From Camelus ferus (lineage: Eukaryota), in assembly GCF_009834535.1 (NCBI RefSeq), contig NC_045696.1:63180001-63244000 (forward strand): a stretch of DNA of 64,000 nt, given 5' to 3'. Position numbers and translations under genes: made by a program. Positions within the stretch are counted from its first letter, which is position 1; each line of letters starts with the position of its first letter. A model generated the notes under the pieces. It was not told the origin of the DNA and ran no database searches. It saw only the letters and a list, made by a program, of their open reading frames with translations. Shown here piece by piece: positions 23,855-36,539 of the stretch.

Positions 23855-24440
23855 CTTCCTATGAAATATGAAAGTGTTCCATACATTCAGAGAAATTGAA
23901 AGAATAGTCCAACAAATGCCTTCACATCTTCCATTTAAACTTTTTAAAATGTTAATATTTTACTGTATTTATTTTATCTATTTATCTTCTTGTTGTTGTT
24001 GACCTATTTGAAAGTTGCAGGTATCATGGTACTTTATCCCAAAATACATTCTGCAAGATGTCTCTTAAGAATATGGACAATCTCTTATTATACCACAGTG
24101 CCATTACCATATCTACGAAAACTAAAACTGATCCAAACGAAATTCAAAATTCCCTTCACTCTAAGAATCCTTTTACATACTACCAGGATTCCCATCAAGG
24201 TTCCCATATTGCATTTGATTATTTATCATGTTGGGGGGTGTATTTTACTCTAAAATAGTTTCTCCACGGTTTTGCTTTTGGGTTGTTTATTTTTAAGATA
24301 CTACATTTTGGAAGAGTTCAGACTGGTTGTCTTATGGAATGCCCCCACTTTTGGATTTGAATGATTATTTCCTACTAGTGTCTAGCTCAATCCTCTATCT
24401 CCTGCATTGCCTGTAAACAGGAAGTTAGATCTAATGGAAA
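23855..24440 (-). mobile_element. L1MC-like 3' fragment
   Basis: Degenerate ATTTGAAAGTTGCAG..GTCTCTTAAGAATATGGACAATCTC..CACAGTGCCATTACCA. Confidence 0.55.
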
Positions 24441-24836
24441 TTTGTGAGTTTTCATTAGATTAAAGTACAATGTAATCTGGGAAGGAGTAATCCATTTTCT
24501 AGGTATTGACTGAATTAAACACCGTTTTAAGTTGTTGGCACTTTAGGACATGCATCTCATGCATCTAGGGAGAGAGAGAGGGAAGGAACTTCTGGCAGGG
24601 AGAGGAACAGCACTGAGTTTGGAGTTTAGCCCCAAAGTTGATCACATTCCCTCCTAAGTTTCCTCATCTGAAGTTTTGAATGATAATAATTTCCTTTTTA
24701 CTAAATTGTTGGGCTCAAGTAAAATAATAGATCAGAATATTCTTTTTTGTGTGTGAAATGAGAAAGTAGCTCAGCTTCAGGGACTGACGTCCAGTTCAGA
24801 GAGTCCTTGATTCATCTCAAGTGAGCAAAGTATGAA

Positions 24837-24892
24837 TCTATCCATCCATCCATTCAGTCCATCCATCCACCCACCTCCCTACCTATCCATCT
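24837..24892. repeat. Degenerate (TCCA)n simple repeat
   Basis: TCCATCCATCCATTCAGTCCATCCATCCACCC. Confidence 0.8.
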
Positions 24893-24946
24893 AGAGTGAT
24901 GAATTTTTGATGCTTCTTAAGAGTTATTGGAAAGACTGGTGGGGGT

Positions 24947-25181
24947 CAGTTTTTCAATAATGATTTAAGATTTAATCAGGGGCAATTTTGCCCTCCAGGG
25001 GACATTTGGCAAAGTCTGAATACATTTCTGGTTGTTAAACTGGGAGGCTGCTACCAGCATCTAGAGGGTGGAGGCCAAGATGCTGCTAAATATCCTACAA
25101 CACACAGGACATCCCCCCCAGCCCCCAACCAAAGAATTATCCTGCTCAAAATGTCAGTTGTGCTGATGTAGAGAAACCTTG
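24947..25181 (+). mobile_element. MER20 (hAT-Charlie)
   Basis: GGGGCAATTTTGCCCTCCAGGGGACATTTGGCAA..GAGGCCAAGATGCTGCTAAATATCCTACAA..AAAGAATTATC. Confidence 0.85.
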
Positions 25182-25842
25182 ATCTAACATATGGCACAAT
25201 TAAATATTGAACCTTGGTCCAAAATCCTGGACCAATCTTTCAAATGAATATTGGGATTTGAAGTGACTTACGCCAAAATTCCATGCCATAAAATAGAAAA
25301 TTATGAATAGAAGAAGAAAAACAGAAAGAAAAAAAAGGAGATAGAAATATGTTAATCATTTCAATCAACATAATTGCTACTGGGTTCAACTGAGCTTTCC
25401 CCAAGAAATCACTATCAGTTGTATAATTTTGGTTATTAAAAAGGTTAATTCCCAAGGGACATTGCTTTTCTAAAAATAATTACAAGATATAATTTTCATA
25501 AAGTATTTTATAATACAGGGAGCAGTGAGTGACCTGATGATGAGATGGGCAATATTCTCAGTATTTGCACAAAAAACACAGAAGTAACTTCCATATGGCT
25601 ATTTATGACAGCAACTTAGATAAAAACTATAGGGAAAATATTCAGACGAAACTCCATTAGGGTGATTCTGTGAGGCACTGGATTAATGTAATTCTATTTG
25701 GGGCCTTCTGGTCGTCTAATCTGATTAAAGAATTGAGTTCTGGTACCTGGAGGAATATGATTTAAGTAAAGGCACAACTAAACAATGGCCTGGATCCCTT
25801 ATTATGTTATTTAACACTCTTTGTAAATACACTATTTAAAAA

Positions 25843-27120
25843 AATAACTTTATTGAGGTATTATTCACATACCATAAAAATCACCCTTTTAAAGTATACA
25901 AGTCAATGGCTTATGGCATATACACAGAGTTGTACAACCATCATCACTAATTTCAGAATATTTTCATTACCCCAAAAGGAAACTCTGTACACATTGGCAG
26001 TTACTCCCTCTTTATCCTCCTGGGACCCCCTTCCCGAGTCCCTGGCAAACACTGGACCACTTGCTGTCTCTGTGGATTTGCCTATTCTGGACATTTCATA
26101 TAAATGGAATCATACAAGATGAAGCCTTTTGTGACTGCCTTCTTTTACTTACCATTATGATTTCAAGGCTCATCCATGTTTCATTCTTTTTATTGCCGAA
26201 TAATATTCCATTATATACTCATTCATCAGTTGATAGACATTTGGATTGTTTCCACTTCTTGGTTATTATGAATAATGCTGCTATGAACTTTGCCATGAAT
26301 GTTTTTATCATGAAAGCACATTGAATTTTGTCAAATACTTCTTTTCCGTCTGTTGAGATCATGTGGTTTTTGTCTTTTATTCTTTTAACGTAGTATATCA
26401 CATTTATTGATTTTTATATGTAAGATCAACCTTTACTTTCCTGGGATAAATCCTACTTGGTCATGGTGTAAAATCCTTTTTCCATGTTACTGGACTTGAT
26501 TGTTAAGTATGTTAAGGATATCTGTGTCTATATTTATAAGGGATATTGGTCTGTAATTTTCTTGCAATGTCTGTCTGGTTTTGGTTATCAGATTAATCCT
26601 GGCCTCACAGAATGAGTTGGGAAATGTGTCCTCCTGTTTTATTTTTTGGAAGAGTTTGTGAAGAACTGGTATTCTTCTTTATTGTTTGTAGATTTCATCA
26701 GTGAAGTCATCTGGTCCTAGGCTTTTCTTTGTGGGCACTTTTAAAAATTACTAATTCAGTCTCTACTTGTTATAAGTCTATTTAGATTTCTGCTTCTGCT
26801 TGAGTCAGTTTTGACAGTTTGCATCTTTCTAAAAATGTATCCATTTTGTCTAGGTACCTAATTTGTTGGCGTACAATTATCATAATATTCCCTTGCACAT
26901 CTTTTTATTTCTGGAATATAGGTAATGATGTCTGCTCTTTCATTCTTGATTTTGGTTAAGTTGAGTCTTCCTTCTTTTATTCTTTGTCATCTGGCTAAAG
27001 ATTTGTCAGTGTTACCAGAATTTTCTAAGAATCAAGTTTTTGTTACATCGGTTTTCTATAATGCTTTTTTATTCTCTATTCAAGCTATTGTCACTCTAGT
27101 CTTCATTACTTCCTTCCTTT
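25843..27120 (-). mobile_element. L1MB-like 3' end joined to an L1 ORF2 fragment
   Basis: CTTTATTGAGG..GTCTCTGTGGATTTGCCTATTCTGGACATTTCATATAAATGGAATCATACA; ORF-track peptides '[16 protein letters not shown]' and '[14 protein letters not shown]' are L1 ORF2 motifs. Confidence 0.88.
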
Positions 27121-27599
27121 GTAGGTATACTATTAAATGTTTGCACAATATCCCATCATGTGGATGTGCTATAAATTACATTCAAATTTTGCTTACTATT
27201 TTTGGGCTTTAGGGTTTCCCTTCCTCCATTTTTCCCTTTATAAATGATGTCTAAGTGACCAACTCTGTGTAAGCATTTTCTCTGTTTCAAATTTTTGTAC
27301 AGGGTTGTAGTTAAAAGAGAAGTGGCTTTGAAGGGACATGCTGGTTTACCCCCCTATTTTACATTGGACAAGTTATTTATCCTTAGGTTTCTTCATCTGT
27401 GATTCTTTCTTGGTACCTAGCTTATGTTATTAGGTTTCTATCATTGAAATATCTAGGGCAGAGGATGTGAACATTTCTAAAGAAACTTGATACATAAATA
27501 AATATTTTTATTAGTTCCTCTTATACAAAATAAGAAAAGGAAATAAATGCAAATATGTTAGGAGTCACTTCCAAAGTTCCAAAATAGGTATTTGAGGGA

Positions 27600-27845
27600 T
27601 GTGATGGTCTTTTTCATTTGCCGATTTGGCTCAACTACAGTTCCCAGTTATTCAGTCAAACATTGATCTAGATATTGCTGTGAAGGTATTTTTTTATATG
27701 ATTAAAATTCTTAGTCAGTTGACTTTTAAGGAAGGGAGATTATCCCAGATAATCAACTGGTTCAATCTGGGGAAAGGTCTTAAAAGAAGAGCTGACTCTT
27801 TCCTGGAAAAGAAGAAATCCACCTGAGACTTCCAGCCTACCTGAA
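27600..27845 (+). mobile_element. MLT2-like ERVL LTR fragment
   Basis: TGTGATGG..CCCAGTTATTCAGTCAAACA..CTAGATATTGCTGTGAAGGTATTTT. Confidence 0.75.
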
Positions 27846-29632
27846 AGAAAAAGTTAAGAATTCTAAACCTCCCTCTTCTATATTTATTAATGTTGTGGCG
27901 AATTTATTCAGTATTTATTAAATGGCTACTACCTACTGTTTATCGTTCTAGTTGCTGGGGCTACAGGAATGAACAAAATAGAGAGAAATATCTGTCTGCA
28001 AGGAGGTTACAGAGCAACAATAACAATATTGACCACCTGCTACCACAGCCACATGACGGGGGTAAGAAAGTGCCGAAGACTAGACCTTCTCTCTTGGAGC
28101 CTGTAATTAGTCTGGGAATATTTTAATTGGCATGAGGGAGGGTGGAGCTGAGCATGATTTTTATTTGTAGGGACATAACTTCTAGTGAAGAGATAAAATC
28201 AGGTGTTTCAGAAACCCAAAGGAGCTATTAGCTATTCCTTGGAGGAATATTTCAGATCTTTAGGGTCCTGAGACTTCTTTAACTTCATGTATATTTTAAA
28301 AATGAAACTAAGTTCGTAAATGTATTTAAAGGGATCCTAAAGAAATCACATAAGCTTACAAAATTATAAAGGGAACTTTTAGTAAAGCCCCAAGAGGTTT
28401 CACTTTGGTTTTCTTTGCAGGCAATATGAGCTATTTAAGTATATTTAAGGAGTCTAGTGACAAAGAACAACGTGGAAATGGTGAGATGTGTTTGGTATTC
28501 TCCATCTTAACGCCTTGCTCTTTTTGTGCCTGCAGCTCTTGTGGAATTTGCAGAACCTCAAGCTGTTTGGACTCTGCTTTCTAGACTGGATTAGATTACA
28601 GGTAACTGTGGTGGAGGCATATTTTGGATCAACTCACTTTTCAAATGTTTCTGAAAGGAATTCTTTGTCAATTGGACTTCCATGCAGTCAATACTGTCTT
28701 AATTTACCAATTTTGGTGAGGCTTTTTTTTTTTTTTTTTGAGGAAAAAAAAACAAAGAAGAGCAATTTTTTTTTTTCCTTTATTACTGTAAAGAAGCAAC
28801 TGTCTTCAGCAAACAGCTGATAACAGCCTTCTGGCAATCTTGAGATACTGACCCATGGTTTATGGTGGGATGAAAATCTATCAGTCTGCATGGGGCAATC
28901 ACACCGGCCCATCTGAGCTACGATCTTTTCACCTTCACCAAGCAATTCTGTTTTGTTGCTAGGAGCCTAAAGGAAACATTCACCTGGAGCTGGGCTTGTC
29001 CCTCCTTTGCTCTTAGAAGCCAGAACTGCCAGCTCTGAAAATAGGTCATGAGTGACTCGCAGTCCTGGAGAGGCTCACAGGAAGTAGCTGCAAAGGTCAG
29101 GGGAAGTTTTTAACGACTATTTAAGAGGCCAGTGAATAATAGGCTTTCAGGAGTTTCTCTGCTTGGCACCTGAAACAGCCACGTGGAGGAGTTGCCTCGG
29201 AGACAGAATGACACGTGTGGAGATATGAGCCTGATGCCTGGGTTCCATCCAGGAGGTGCCTTTGCTCTGCTGTGTAAAAAGCCCACAACTATATAGAGAA
29301 GTCATTTTGCAGAACTCAAAAGGATAATCATGAGGAATTTACAGGATTAACTTCAAAAACCCAATACGATATCCCCAAGTGGAAAGTTAAGGCTGGGATG
29401 AGCAATCTATGAATTGACTCCAACCCTGAGATGTTGGGGCCCATGAAGTCAGATATCTGTGTCTATTAATACATATTTTGGTGGATCATTTTTACTGAAG
29501 TTTACACCTTAGTGCTATTTCACTGGCACAACTGTTTTAGGACAAATGTCAGGGTATGGTCCCTGGGCACTACTAGGCTCTTAATAATAACCATTGTCTC
29601 ACCCCTTACAAACAGGCAGGATACCACAGAGC

Positions 29633-29800
29633 AGGGGTAAGCCAACTTTTTTGGTAAAGGACCAAGTATTATAAATATTTTGAGCTTCTTGGTCATATGG
29701 TCTCTGTTACAACTACTCTGCTCTGCAGTCATAGGCAACACGTAAATGAATGAGTACGGCTATGTTCCAACAAACTCTGTAAAATCAGTTAGCTGATTCT
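29633..29800 (+). mobile_element. MER58-like (hAT-Charlie)
   Basis: CAGGGGTAAGCCAACTTTTT..GGTCTCTGTTACAACTACTC..GGCTATGTTCCAA. Confidence 0.75.
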
Positions 29801-29824
29801 GACTGGGGGCCCTAAAGACTGAAA

Positions 29825-30040
29825 GCCCAGACTTTGGAGCCAGGTTCAAATCCTGGCACTATTACTTGCTAGATGTATGACCTTAGAGAACTTAGTTAAC
29901 TTCTCTATGCCTTGGTCTTTTCACACCTCTAAACTGAAATAGTACGTACCCTACAGTGTTGTTATAAAGATTAAATAAACAAATGTGTAAAGTACTTAAT
30001 GCTTAGCAGATAGTAAGTGCTATACAAGTGTTTGTTAGAT
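29825..30040 (+). mobile_element. MIR (one of several; others near 3840-3970, 17595-17760, 31375-31540, 42525-42690)
   Basis: GGTTCAAATCCTGGC..ACTTGCTAGATGTATGACCTT..TTAACTTCTCTATGCCT core. Confidence 0.7.
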
Positions 30041-30334
30041 AATCAACCATCCTGTGAAGTAGGTAATATTATTCCTATTAGAATTGAAATTCAAAGAAAT
30101 AAATACATTACTTCTAAGAAGGCTAAGATTTGACTTAGTTTTCCCAGGTCCAGTACAATTGCTCTTTTCTCATCAGAAGTGACATCATTATATCTAAACA
30201 CATGAAAATTCCCTATAACAGCCTAAAACCACCATTTAAACGGCTGCTTGTATTTCTCCCTTCCCCGTCCACATGAGGACCTACTAGAAGCAATGGACCT
30301 ACTAAAATCATTAGAGCAGATTGCTAAATTTTCA

Positions 30335-30480
30335 GGGGTTTTGTGAGCTGCCTAAACTGTCAGTGGCTTGAAAATGGCCAGTGGTGGGAGTATTTACACC
30401 ACGAAATTGGCAGGTGCTACAAATAAGTGCTTTTTTCTCTTTTTTTCTCCAGGAGGACTCGTTCACTAGCACATGACTGG
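30335..30480. mobile_element. MER63-like (hAT-Blackjack)
   Basis: GGTGGGAGTATTTACACCACGAAATTGGCAGGTGCTACAAAT. Confidence 0.65.
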
Positions 30481-30744
30481 CTATATGCCAGCAGTGAGCA
30501 CTTCTCTGAGCAGGGGTCCTGTGATCTACCCAGCGAGTTGGTAAACAATATTCACAGGCATGTGATCCACTGTATCCTAGGGCACCGTGGCCTGAGAAGA
30601 ATGCCGGTCCCTGCTTTCTGTCTCGTGGCAGAGACAGAAAAGATTATAGTGCTTTGCTTAGCAACAGAGATGAAGTCAGTGGTGGCCCATGGACTCTGAT
30701 TTCTAGACAGTCTGACTCACAGCTCTCCTCCTGTTCCTGTTCCA

Positions 30745-30746
<2 letters not shown>

Positions 30747-30812
<66 letters not shown>
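30747..30812. repeat. (AC)33 microsatellite
   Basis: Perfect dinucleotide run. Confidence 0.97.
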
Positions 30813-30814
<2 letters not shown>

Positions 30815-31799
30815 ATGTGGTTCAAGCTAAACAGGGACAAGATGACCTAGGAGGAGCTAAAGGAAGGAGAGAGCTTGTTAGGCCAACATTATAAAGTACT
30901 TTTAATGGTACTTTTTATAGGAAAGGCAGCAAGTGCTGTGGCATGTTTATTTCTTAAGGTGAAGTCTTCCTGAACACGTGTCCTGTAATCTTTTGTGGAA
31001 GCAGCAGAAGAAATGCAAAAGAGGGCTGGGGTTGGTCAGAATGACAGTTCGACAAATCTCTTCCTCTTGTGAAGTTGTGAAACTCATCTTTCTTCTCTAT
31101 AAAATGGGAATCTTAATCATTCATTGTTAGTTTGACATTAGGGTTCTGAAACTCAGTGATCACTTGGTATCCATTTACTCAGCATACTTATTACCAAGTA
31201 CCATCATGTGCTGGTTCCTCCATTAGGTGCTGAGGATCCAGACATGGGTTAGTTGGGTCCCTGCTCAAGAGGAAATCAGAGTCTGGATGCTTAAACAGAT
31301 AATCCAAAGAGTTTGGATCCCAGAGGCTGGATCACTATGGCTTCTTTTGGTCACACTGATGAAGAGTTTGACCCTGGAACCAAGTTGCCTGTGTTGAATC
31401 CTGGCTTTGTGTTGTTTATTAGCTCTGTGACTTTGAGTGAATTATTTAATATCTTTTCCTATTCTGTAAAATGGATAATAATGGTACCTGCTTCCTGGAT
31501 TGTTCCAAGGATTAAATGAAGTAACACATGTAAAGCTTCCTCAGTTTCTTAATCTATAAAAAATCCAGATAATAGTAACTACTGCTTTTAATATTGGCAT
31601 TGTTGTAATGGTCAGATAATGTGTGAAAGTACTTAGAACTGTAGAAACAAAAAGACAAATACAACATAGACAAATGGAAGACAGACACTGAACGGGTACT
31701 TATTTGATGTTGTAAATGCAGTGAAAAGGGTGCACAGAATAGGGATTCTTACCCTGAGAGTCAGGAAAGGCATTTAACGGATATGATGTTTGGGATGGT

Positions 31800-34700
31800 A
31801 AATTCATTCATTCATTCATTCATTTGACCACACATTTGAGTGTCTACCATATTCCAAGCTTCATCTAGTGCTGATTCTATAGTGATAAACCAAACCAACT
31901 AAGTGTCTGCCAGTAGCAGCATGAGAGATGGCTTTGGGGGAGGACAGGCAGAATGCTTTATGTGCCCTTTCCCATAATCCCAAAAGTCCTTTCCCCATTT
32001 ACATATATGGACAACTAATACTTTTTAAGTCCTACACTAAAGTGCCATACAAAAACAGCCTCAAGAAAACCCCTCATTTCTTCTTCCAAGTAGATTGCCA
32101 CTCTTAAGCCCCTTCTAGAAAAATTATGGGGCTGTAACCCCAGAAGAGCTGTCCTCATCTTCACAAAGTTGAAGTCTTGTGGGAGAGACAGATGTTAAAC
32201 ACATAAACTCACAGGTAATTAAAATTGTGATAATGGTTATAAAGAGGATGAATGAAAATCATCAGAAAATAAAGTAAAGAATGAATAGCCAGGGAAGGCC
32301 TTTTTCAAGAACTGATGTATACGTATTTCAGCCAAGAGTTGAACTTGTAAGAGTTAGCCAGGTAAGGGAAAAAGGGAATGTGAGCAAGAGAAGGTAGTGC
32401 AAAGGTCCTGGGGCAGGAAAGAGTGTGGCATGTTTGAGGATCGGAGAGAAGGGCTACTGTGGTTGGAATGAGGTGAGATAGGCAGGATATAGGGTGGGAG
32501 GAAGGTAAGGGTGCAGGAGTACCAGTGAAGGGGGAGTGATGTGCAGGCCACATCCAACACTGGACTTTGTAGCTCAAAGAAGTTCACATTTTATTCTCAG
32601 TGAAATAAGAAGCAATTGAAAACCTCTATCAGAAGCTAGTCACATGCAGTCATACACGCTGGCTGCTGTGCAGCGGAAGCGGGCAGGGTGAAAGTGGGGA
32701 ACTCTGCTGGGGGCTCAGACAGTAGTTCCAGGTGAGAGATGGAGGTGGTGTGGATTATTCTAGCAGAAGTAGAGATGGAGTGATGTGAAAGGATTTGAAG
32801 TGGATTTGATACTGGATTGGAAAGAATGACCCCCAGGTTTCTGGCTTGAGGAGCTAGGAGGGTGACAGTGTTTTTGCTAAGGAAGAGAAAGCCTGAAAAA
32901 GTAGCTGGTTTGGGGAAGAAGGGCAAGAGTTGAGTTTTGGGTGAGTGAATTTATGAGGTACACTGAGACATCATGTGAAGATGATATGGACGTATGGTCC
33001 AGGGACCCTAAAGTGAGACTTGGACTGCAGGTGTATATATGGTTGTGAGTTATTAATGTACATACAGATGATGTACATTAAGCTACAGTCATGGTGTTTG
33101 AGGTCATCTGGGGGAGTGAATGTGGATCAGGGCTCTTATCCTTATTTTGGGTCTCAGCTGCCTTTGAGAAGCTAATAGAAGCTATACTTCTTCCTTTAAA
33201 AGTATCTACATTCAGGTTTAAAAAATTTATAGACACCTTGAAGCCCATCCACAACTCTCGTAAGGTCCATAGATGACAAATGAAAAAAAAAAATAACCCA
33301 AACAATAAGGCTAGTTTATAGAGAAAAGTGGGCCCTGGATTGAGCCCTGGGGAGCAGCACCATTTAGAGTTGGGACAGAGGGAGTAACCACAAGAGTTGG
33401 AGATGGAGTGGACAAATAGGGAGAAGGGTGGGAACTCTCTGAAAGAGAGTTATCAAAAGTAAGAGAAAAGTGTTTCAAGAAAGGGAGATAAATGTTGTTG
33501 AGAGGGCTAGAGAGATTAGGACTGGAAAGTATCCATTGGCGTTGGCAACAGCCATGACCTCTAGGAGGACTGTACTTGTGGAGGGTTAGAGCTCTTGGGA
33601 GGAGGCATTACCCCTCTGCAAAACCTGGAGTCGGCGGGAGACACTGGATGCAGATGTAGGTTGCTGTGTAGATTTGTGGGGGTTCCCCCTTGATGGTCTG
33701 CATTTTTTCAGTGAACTAGGAGTTACCCATTTGGGGTTGTAATCAGGGGTTGGGTCTCAAAGAATTGAGTATGATCAGAGGAGGGAAGGGCTGGGCTCAG
33801 CATGTACAGAAGTCAGGGCCCAGAATCATCATGGGCCAAAAATCAACAGGCTTTCCAGAATTTCGCAACACATGCTGCACTCCCTTTCTCTTCATCCTGG
33901 ACTTCTCCTTTTCTGGCTCATCTGTTCCCTTAGCCTATAAATATGCCTTTCCAGTAATTCAACAACTCCTCCCATCAGTGCCCAAATTCTCTTCTATCCA
34001 TACCCAAAATATCTGTAGCAGGAAACTTTTTGAAATATTCAATTGTTCTTTTTCTTCCTATAATTTCCCCTTGTTTGGTTATGTGTTGCCTTTCTTTGGG
34101 GATTTTGGGTGCTTCTTAAAGTCTGGATCATTTAAAACCTTCATGATCATTTAAAACCCTGAGTGCATTGACGAGTTCATCCTGGGTGCCTAGGGCGTAC
34201 ATGCAACATCCAGAAGCCAGGGGAACCCCCGCAGGATTTTAAATAGGAGTGCGTTTTAAATTGTTCACTCTGAAAGCAGAGTAGATGATGAATTTGGAGG
34301 CTGGAAAAGATGGCTGAAACTTTTGCTAGTGGGAATGGAGATAGAGATTTGAGGATCATTAAGGAGGTGAAATAGATGACTGGATGATTGCATAAGGCAA
34401 TGGCTGAATCAAGAATGACTTACACTCATTCCCATGATGGCTATGGATGGTGGTGCCAACAGCTGAGGGAGGGGCTGCTATGAAGGCAGAGGATGAGTTC
34501 AGTTTTGGACAAGCTGAGTTTGGGGTGCCCCTGTGATATCTAGATAGAGCTGTCTGGCAGGCAGTTGGATATTAGGGCCTAACTTTTGTGGAAGAGGTCT
34601 GTGCTGGAGATAGCTGATTTGGTAACTGAAACTGTGAGGGTGAAGGTGAGTGTGGTATGTGTGGTATGAGTGGTATGACTAGAGCTCTGGACTTAGAATG

Positions 34701-35160
34701 GAGTCTTGCATGTAAGGCACAGATTCACAACTGGTGGCACTTAAGGATGCCATCCAAGGAGGCAGAGGCTTTATGTACTGAGATATGAGAACTGGAAGAG
34801 TGTACTCTTCTAGAAACCAAGGCAGTAAAGAGATTTCAGAGGGTGGGAGTCATCTGAGGTGTCAAATGTAGCAGAGAGATCCAGAAAGATAAGGTCTGCA
34901 GAATGCCTGCTAGATTTGGGAAAATGGAGGTCATGAGTTATTCTTGTCTGAGCTGGGTGAGGAAGGATGGGGATGGAAACTCGAATGCCAAGTGTTGAGA
35001 AATGAGGAAGTGGAGACAGGAGGAGAAACCTCTGTTTAAGAGGTCTGCATGAGAGGAAGAGAAGGGCTTGGAAGCTAACTGGAGAGGGTACTTCGAATGC
35101 AGGGTAGGCATGGTAGTTTTGTCTTTAGGACTTGAGCTTGTTTAAAGGCTGAGGGAAAAC
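31800..35160 (-). mobile_element. Cluster of L2 fragments with small interruptions
   Basis: (CATT)n head; GAATGACCCCCAGGTTTCTGGCTTGAG, GATGAGTTCAGTTTTGGACA and similar segments. Confidence 0.65.
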
Positions 35161-36539
35161 AGCCAGGAGCCAAGGAGCTGGAGAAGTAGGCAAGGAGGCT
35201 TTCAGGGTTCAACCCCCCTGAGACATCTTACAGTTTGCTCAAAACTTCCACAATCCTTATCTCATTTAATCTTTTTAACACCGTGAGGGTGGGAACAGAC
35301 GCTGAGATTGAGCCCAGGAGTAAGAACAGAGCTGTAGATCCATCTCGCCCAATGACTGGTCCACACCGAGGTGCGAGGAAGTGCGCGGAAACCGTTCAGC
35401 GTCGCACAACCTAGAACACCAGGAGCAATGCGTTCCTGGCTCCTGGTTAGGTGACACTGGTGCTGTGGACTTAGGGTTCTGTGCTGCCCCAGCTGAGGTG
35501 TCACCACCTGTCGCGGACCAAGTGTGACAGCCTCTCCCTTCAAGTGTCATCTTGTGTTGTGAACCAGAGCCTGAATGCTCCTCGTCCCCGGCGAAGTGTG
35601 CCTAAGTGCGGTGCACCAGAGGTCTTGCGCCTCCTTCTTACAAGAGCTCAAGCAGCTGAGAGTTCTGTTAGCGGTAAGGTGGACGACCCTAACAGTGATG
35701 GCCGGGCCTAAAAGCCGCGGGCGAGGTGGACTCAGGGCAGAAAGATGGCGGGAGCCGCAGGCAGCAGGTGGCTGAGCGCGGTCCCCGGGCGCGTCCCCGA
35801 AAGGGACACCAAGAAAACCAAATTTGCGATTTCTACATCTGGCCGGGGCCTTGCTCGGAGATAAATCTTCTGGGAAGTATTTAATTTGCATCCAGCGCTG
35901 TCAGAGGAAACTCCTTACAGCTGATGGCGGTGGAGTGGCTCGTGGGAGCTTTCTCTTGGGTACGCCTTCCCCTAGTCCTCCGCCTAGGCAGGGCGCACAA
36001 AGTTGGTTGTTAAAAGCGAATTATGGTGTTTTGTTTTGGGAGAGGGAAGGGTGCTGCTAAGGAATGAAAAGGACCTGTATTGGGGCCAGGATTTCGCTTC
36101 CTATCCTTCAAGTACGAGCTTCCCCCGTGATCTTGGCCCTGGCCAAGTTAGGCTAGGCCCTTCTCTGGGACTCAGCTTCCCCGTTCATAAAATGGGGATT
36201 TGGACTATGATCTGGTCTTTGCAGGACCAGGATGGCAAATTCCACCTCCTCCTGCCCATAAAAAATGCTGTCCTTCTTTATTGACACCCTCTTCCCAACA
36301 TACAGCTCTTCTGTAGTGCCCTCCCTCACCCTTTCTTTTCCACTCCTGCCGGAGAGGGCGGGTGCTAAAGGGGAGGAGGTGGGCGCGGCCCGACCATGGA
36401 CCCGCCCACTCCGCCGGCCCCGCCCCTCCCGTCGTCCCCTCTGCTCCCCTCCGCCCTCGGCGCGGGATGAGGCAATCACGTGAGCTCACATCCGGCGCGG
36501 GAGTCCCGAGCTCGCTGCGCGCGCTCCTCCACTCTCCCG

